Below are positions 61,262 to 64,000 of a DNA stretch of 64,000 bases, one piece after another. Each line of letters starts with the position of its first letter. Within the stretch, counting starts at the first letter, position 1. Position numbers and translations under genes: made by a program. Origin of the DNA: Octopus bimaculoides. Lineage: Eukaryota. The stretch spans positions 22,371,322-22,435,321 of the forward strand of contig NC_068989.1 in the NCBI RefSeq assembly GCF_001194135.2, written 5' to 3'. Below the pieces are notes generated by a model. That model made no database searches and was not told the DNA's origin. It saw nothing but the letters and a program-made list of their open reading frames with translations.

Positions 61262-62104
61262 GACTGGAAAATCTGTAGAGCTCAACGAGGATGTCCTGCA
61301 AATCCTGGTGGAAAACAATCCCATCATAACTATTGAGGAACTAGCAGAGAAGCTTGGATTTGGTCATTCAATCATTCACTGACACTTGTGTGCCATCGGA
61401 AAACTCAGCAAATTGGGTCAATGGCGCTCTGAGAAACTTTCCAAGTCTAATCGTGCACGGAGAATGAATGTGTGTTCTTCTTTGCTGTCATGTCTCATGA
61501 ATGAACCTTTTTAGGACTAAATATTGACAGGTGACAAGAGATGAGTTCTCTATAAAAATGTCAAGTGCCAAAGACAGTAGGTAGGGAAAGGAGAAACACT
61601 GGCACCCCAGGCTAATGAAGGTCTTCACCTATGTAAGGTGTTGTTATCTGTTTGGTAGGATATGAAAGGTTTAGTCCTCTTTGAACTTTTAAACCCAAAC
61701 CAAACAGTAACAAAGGAGATCTACAGCAAGCAGCTTGAGCAGCTTAAGTCAGCACTAGAAGAAAATGGCCATCTTTGGTTTCAAGACAAAAGGTGTTCTT
61801 CCATCAGGATAAAGCTCGGCCACATACAGCGAGGATGACATTCCAAAGGCTGGAGCAGTTTGAATGGGAAATGATGCCCTACCCACCATATTCGCCGGAC
61901 ATTACCCCCATCTGATTATCATTTATTTCACAGTCTTTGAAATCATTCGGATGGAAAAATTATGAATTCTGTAGATGAGGTAGAACAGTACTGGAGGAGT
62001 ATTTTTCGTCACGGACAAGTGAATTTTGGAAGAAGGGCCTTCTAAGTCTACCAGATAGATGGAAAAGCATTGTAGAAAATGAAGGAGAGTATATTTTAGA
62101 TTAA
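61262..62104 (+). mobile_element. Mariner transposase pseudogene
   Basis: ELNEDVLQILVENNP..LTGDKR..KVLLSVW..HQDKARPHT..PPYSPDI.PSDYHLF..EGEYILD*; multiple stops and frameshifts; no TIRs seen. Confidence 0.9.
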
Positions 62105-63956
62105 GAAAGTATCATCATCATCGTTTAACGTTTGCTTTCCATGCTAGCATGGGTTGGATGATTTGACTGAGGACTGGTGAACCAGATGGCTACACCAGGC
62201 TCCAATCTGATTTGGCAGAGTTTCTACAGCTGGATGCCCTTCCTAACGCCAACCACTTCGAGAGTGTAGTGGGTGCTTTTACATGAAAAATAAATAGTAT
62301 AAAAAAAAACACACTATTTATGGGATGACCCAATACATACAGACACACACACAACAGGCTTCTTTTAGTTTCCATCTATCAAATCCACTCCCAAGACTTT
62401 GTTCAGCCCAGGGCTAAAATACAAAGCACTTGCCCAAGGCACCACACAGTGGAACTGAACCTGGAACCATGTGGTTGGGAAACAAGCTTTTTTATCACAC
62501 AGCCACAAATTAAAAATAAATAAATAAGATCAAGATGAGAAAAATAGAGTTGTTCCTGTTATTGTTGTTGCTTTTCATTTTCTGATAAGTGTTTAAGTAT
62601 GTTAAAAAATAACAAAACTGCTCGGAGTGAAATTGCAGGAGGCAAGCCATCATCAGTCTAGTGAGCATTTCCTTTATTAAAGACTTGATAACATCATACC
62701 TCCTAGTGAATTTAATTAGTCCCTGGCAGCTTGACTGTTAACAACAACAACAACAACGACATTATATAAGTTGTTTACAAATTATTCAGACTGACCAACT
62801 GGATAATGTCTCTTGTTAAAGCTTCAGAAGGTAAACAATGAATAGTGTGTGTGTGAGAGAGAGAGAGAGAGACAGACAGACAGAGAGGTGGAGGATAAGA
62901 AAGAGAGGAGAAGAGAGACAGAGAGGCGCTATGGCTGAGTGAACAGTCAAGGGTCAACAATGTGCATCCTGTCTATTACTGATCTGTAATGATGGTAATT
63001 ATCATCATGATGGAGGCAGTGGTGGTGGTGGAGGTAACGGTAACAGTGCTGATGGTATGGATAGTGGTGGTAGTGACAGTATGGATCATAATGTGGGTAG
63101 CAGTGGTAGAGGTGGTGGTAGTGATGGTGGTGTGGTGCTGGTGACAGAATGTAGATAATAATCATTCCAATAGTTTTAATAGCAATAATCATGGCAGTGT
63201 GCAGACGCTGATGCTGGTGGCCATAACAATGATGAGGATGGAGATGTTAGTAGTAATGAAAAAGACGCTAATGCTAACAAGAGAGAAGCAGATGAAGATG
63301 TGTCTCAGATGTTCAGTTGCAGGTGACAAATAGATGAGATTTGTTGTATTGGCTCAAGAACTTCACTTCAAATCCTGTAGAAATAGTTTTACAATTACAT
63401 ACCATACCATATCTGTCTGTCTGTCTGTCTATCTAGCCATCTATCTACTTATATCTATCTTAATCCTCGACTTTAACTGGAATAACTATGCTATTCGAAA
63501 CATCCTATCTTTTTATGTTTTTGCAGAAAAGCAAGCACAAACACACACGGACACATACATACACACATGATGGGCTTCTTTCAGTTTTCATCTACCAGAT
63601 CCACTCACAAGACTTTGCAGGGTTATAGTAGAAGACATTTGTCCATATGCAGTAGAGTTGAATCAAAGACTATGTGAGCGTAAAATAAACTTCTTACCAC
63701 ACAGCCTCACCTGTGCATATGTGTGTGCACATATGGAACAGGGACAACTGACAAAGGGTTATACTGTTTATGCTACATGTCTCGTTTCTCTGCTTTTTTC
63801 ATTGTTCGAAAAAAGTTCGTTTTCTGTTTTCGTCTTTATGTTTTCATTTCTCATTGTGTTTAACATTTTTTTTGTGATGTCCTGTACCCATATATGCATG
63901 TATATATACATATAAATGTAGGTATGTACATATATGTATGGATATATGCATATGTT

Positions 63957-63987
<31 letters not shown>

Positions 63988-64000
63988 GTATATATATATA

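Noticed and set aside
1-64000. CRISPR arrays, rRNA, operon-like or prokaryotic systems
   Set aside because: None seen; the sequence is intron-rich eukaryotic DNA and the tandem arrays have no unique spacers.

Overview
AT-rich, microsatellite- and retroposon-dense eukaryotic scaffold with eight N-gaps. The repeat make-up suggests a cephalopod, probably Octopus (inference, not verified). I can support one protein-coding gene: a minus-strand PDE9-like cyclic-nucleotide phosphodiesterase. Eight GT-AG exons (25807 down to 1173; 976 nt, about 324 aa) splice in frame and encode the whole catalytic domain; its 5' exons could not be identified. The rest is intron or flank filled with several tRNA-derived SINE families, RTE, RTE-X, CR1/L2-like and R4/Dong LINE relics, a Penelope GIY-YIG relic, two mariner relics, two young non-autonomous piggyBac copies and a TTAA MITE. 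The most unusual structures are an inverted pair of tRNA-headed elements ending in minimal hammerhead-ribozyme-like motifs (5415-5810), a 5'-inverted RTE-X insertion with a twin-priming signature (2693-3313), and several long fold-back repeats (5875-7140, 39112-39680, 46010-46227, 50895-51202) that could form dsRNA. I found no evidence for a new multi-gene system. All identity percentages are by-eye estimates.
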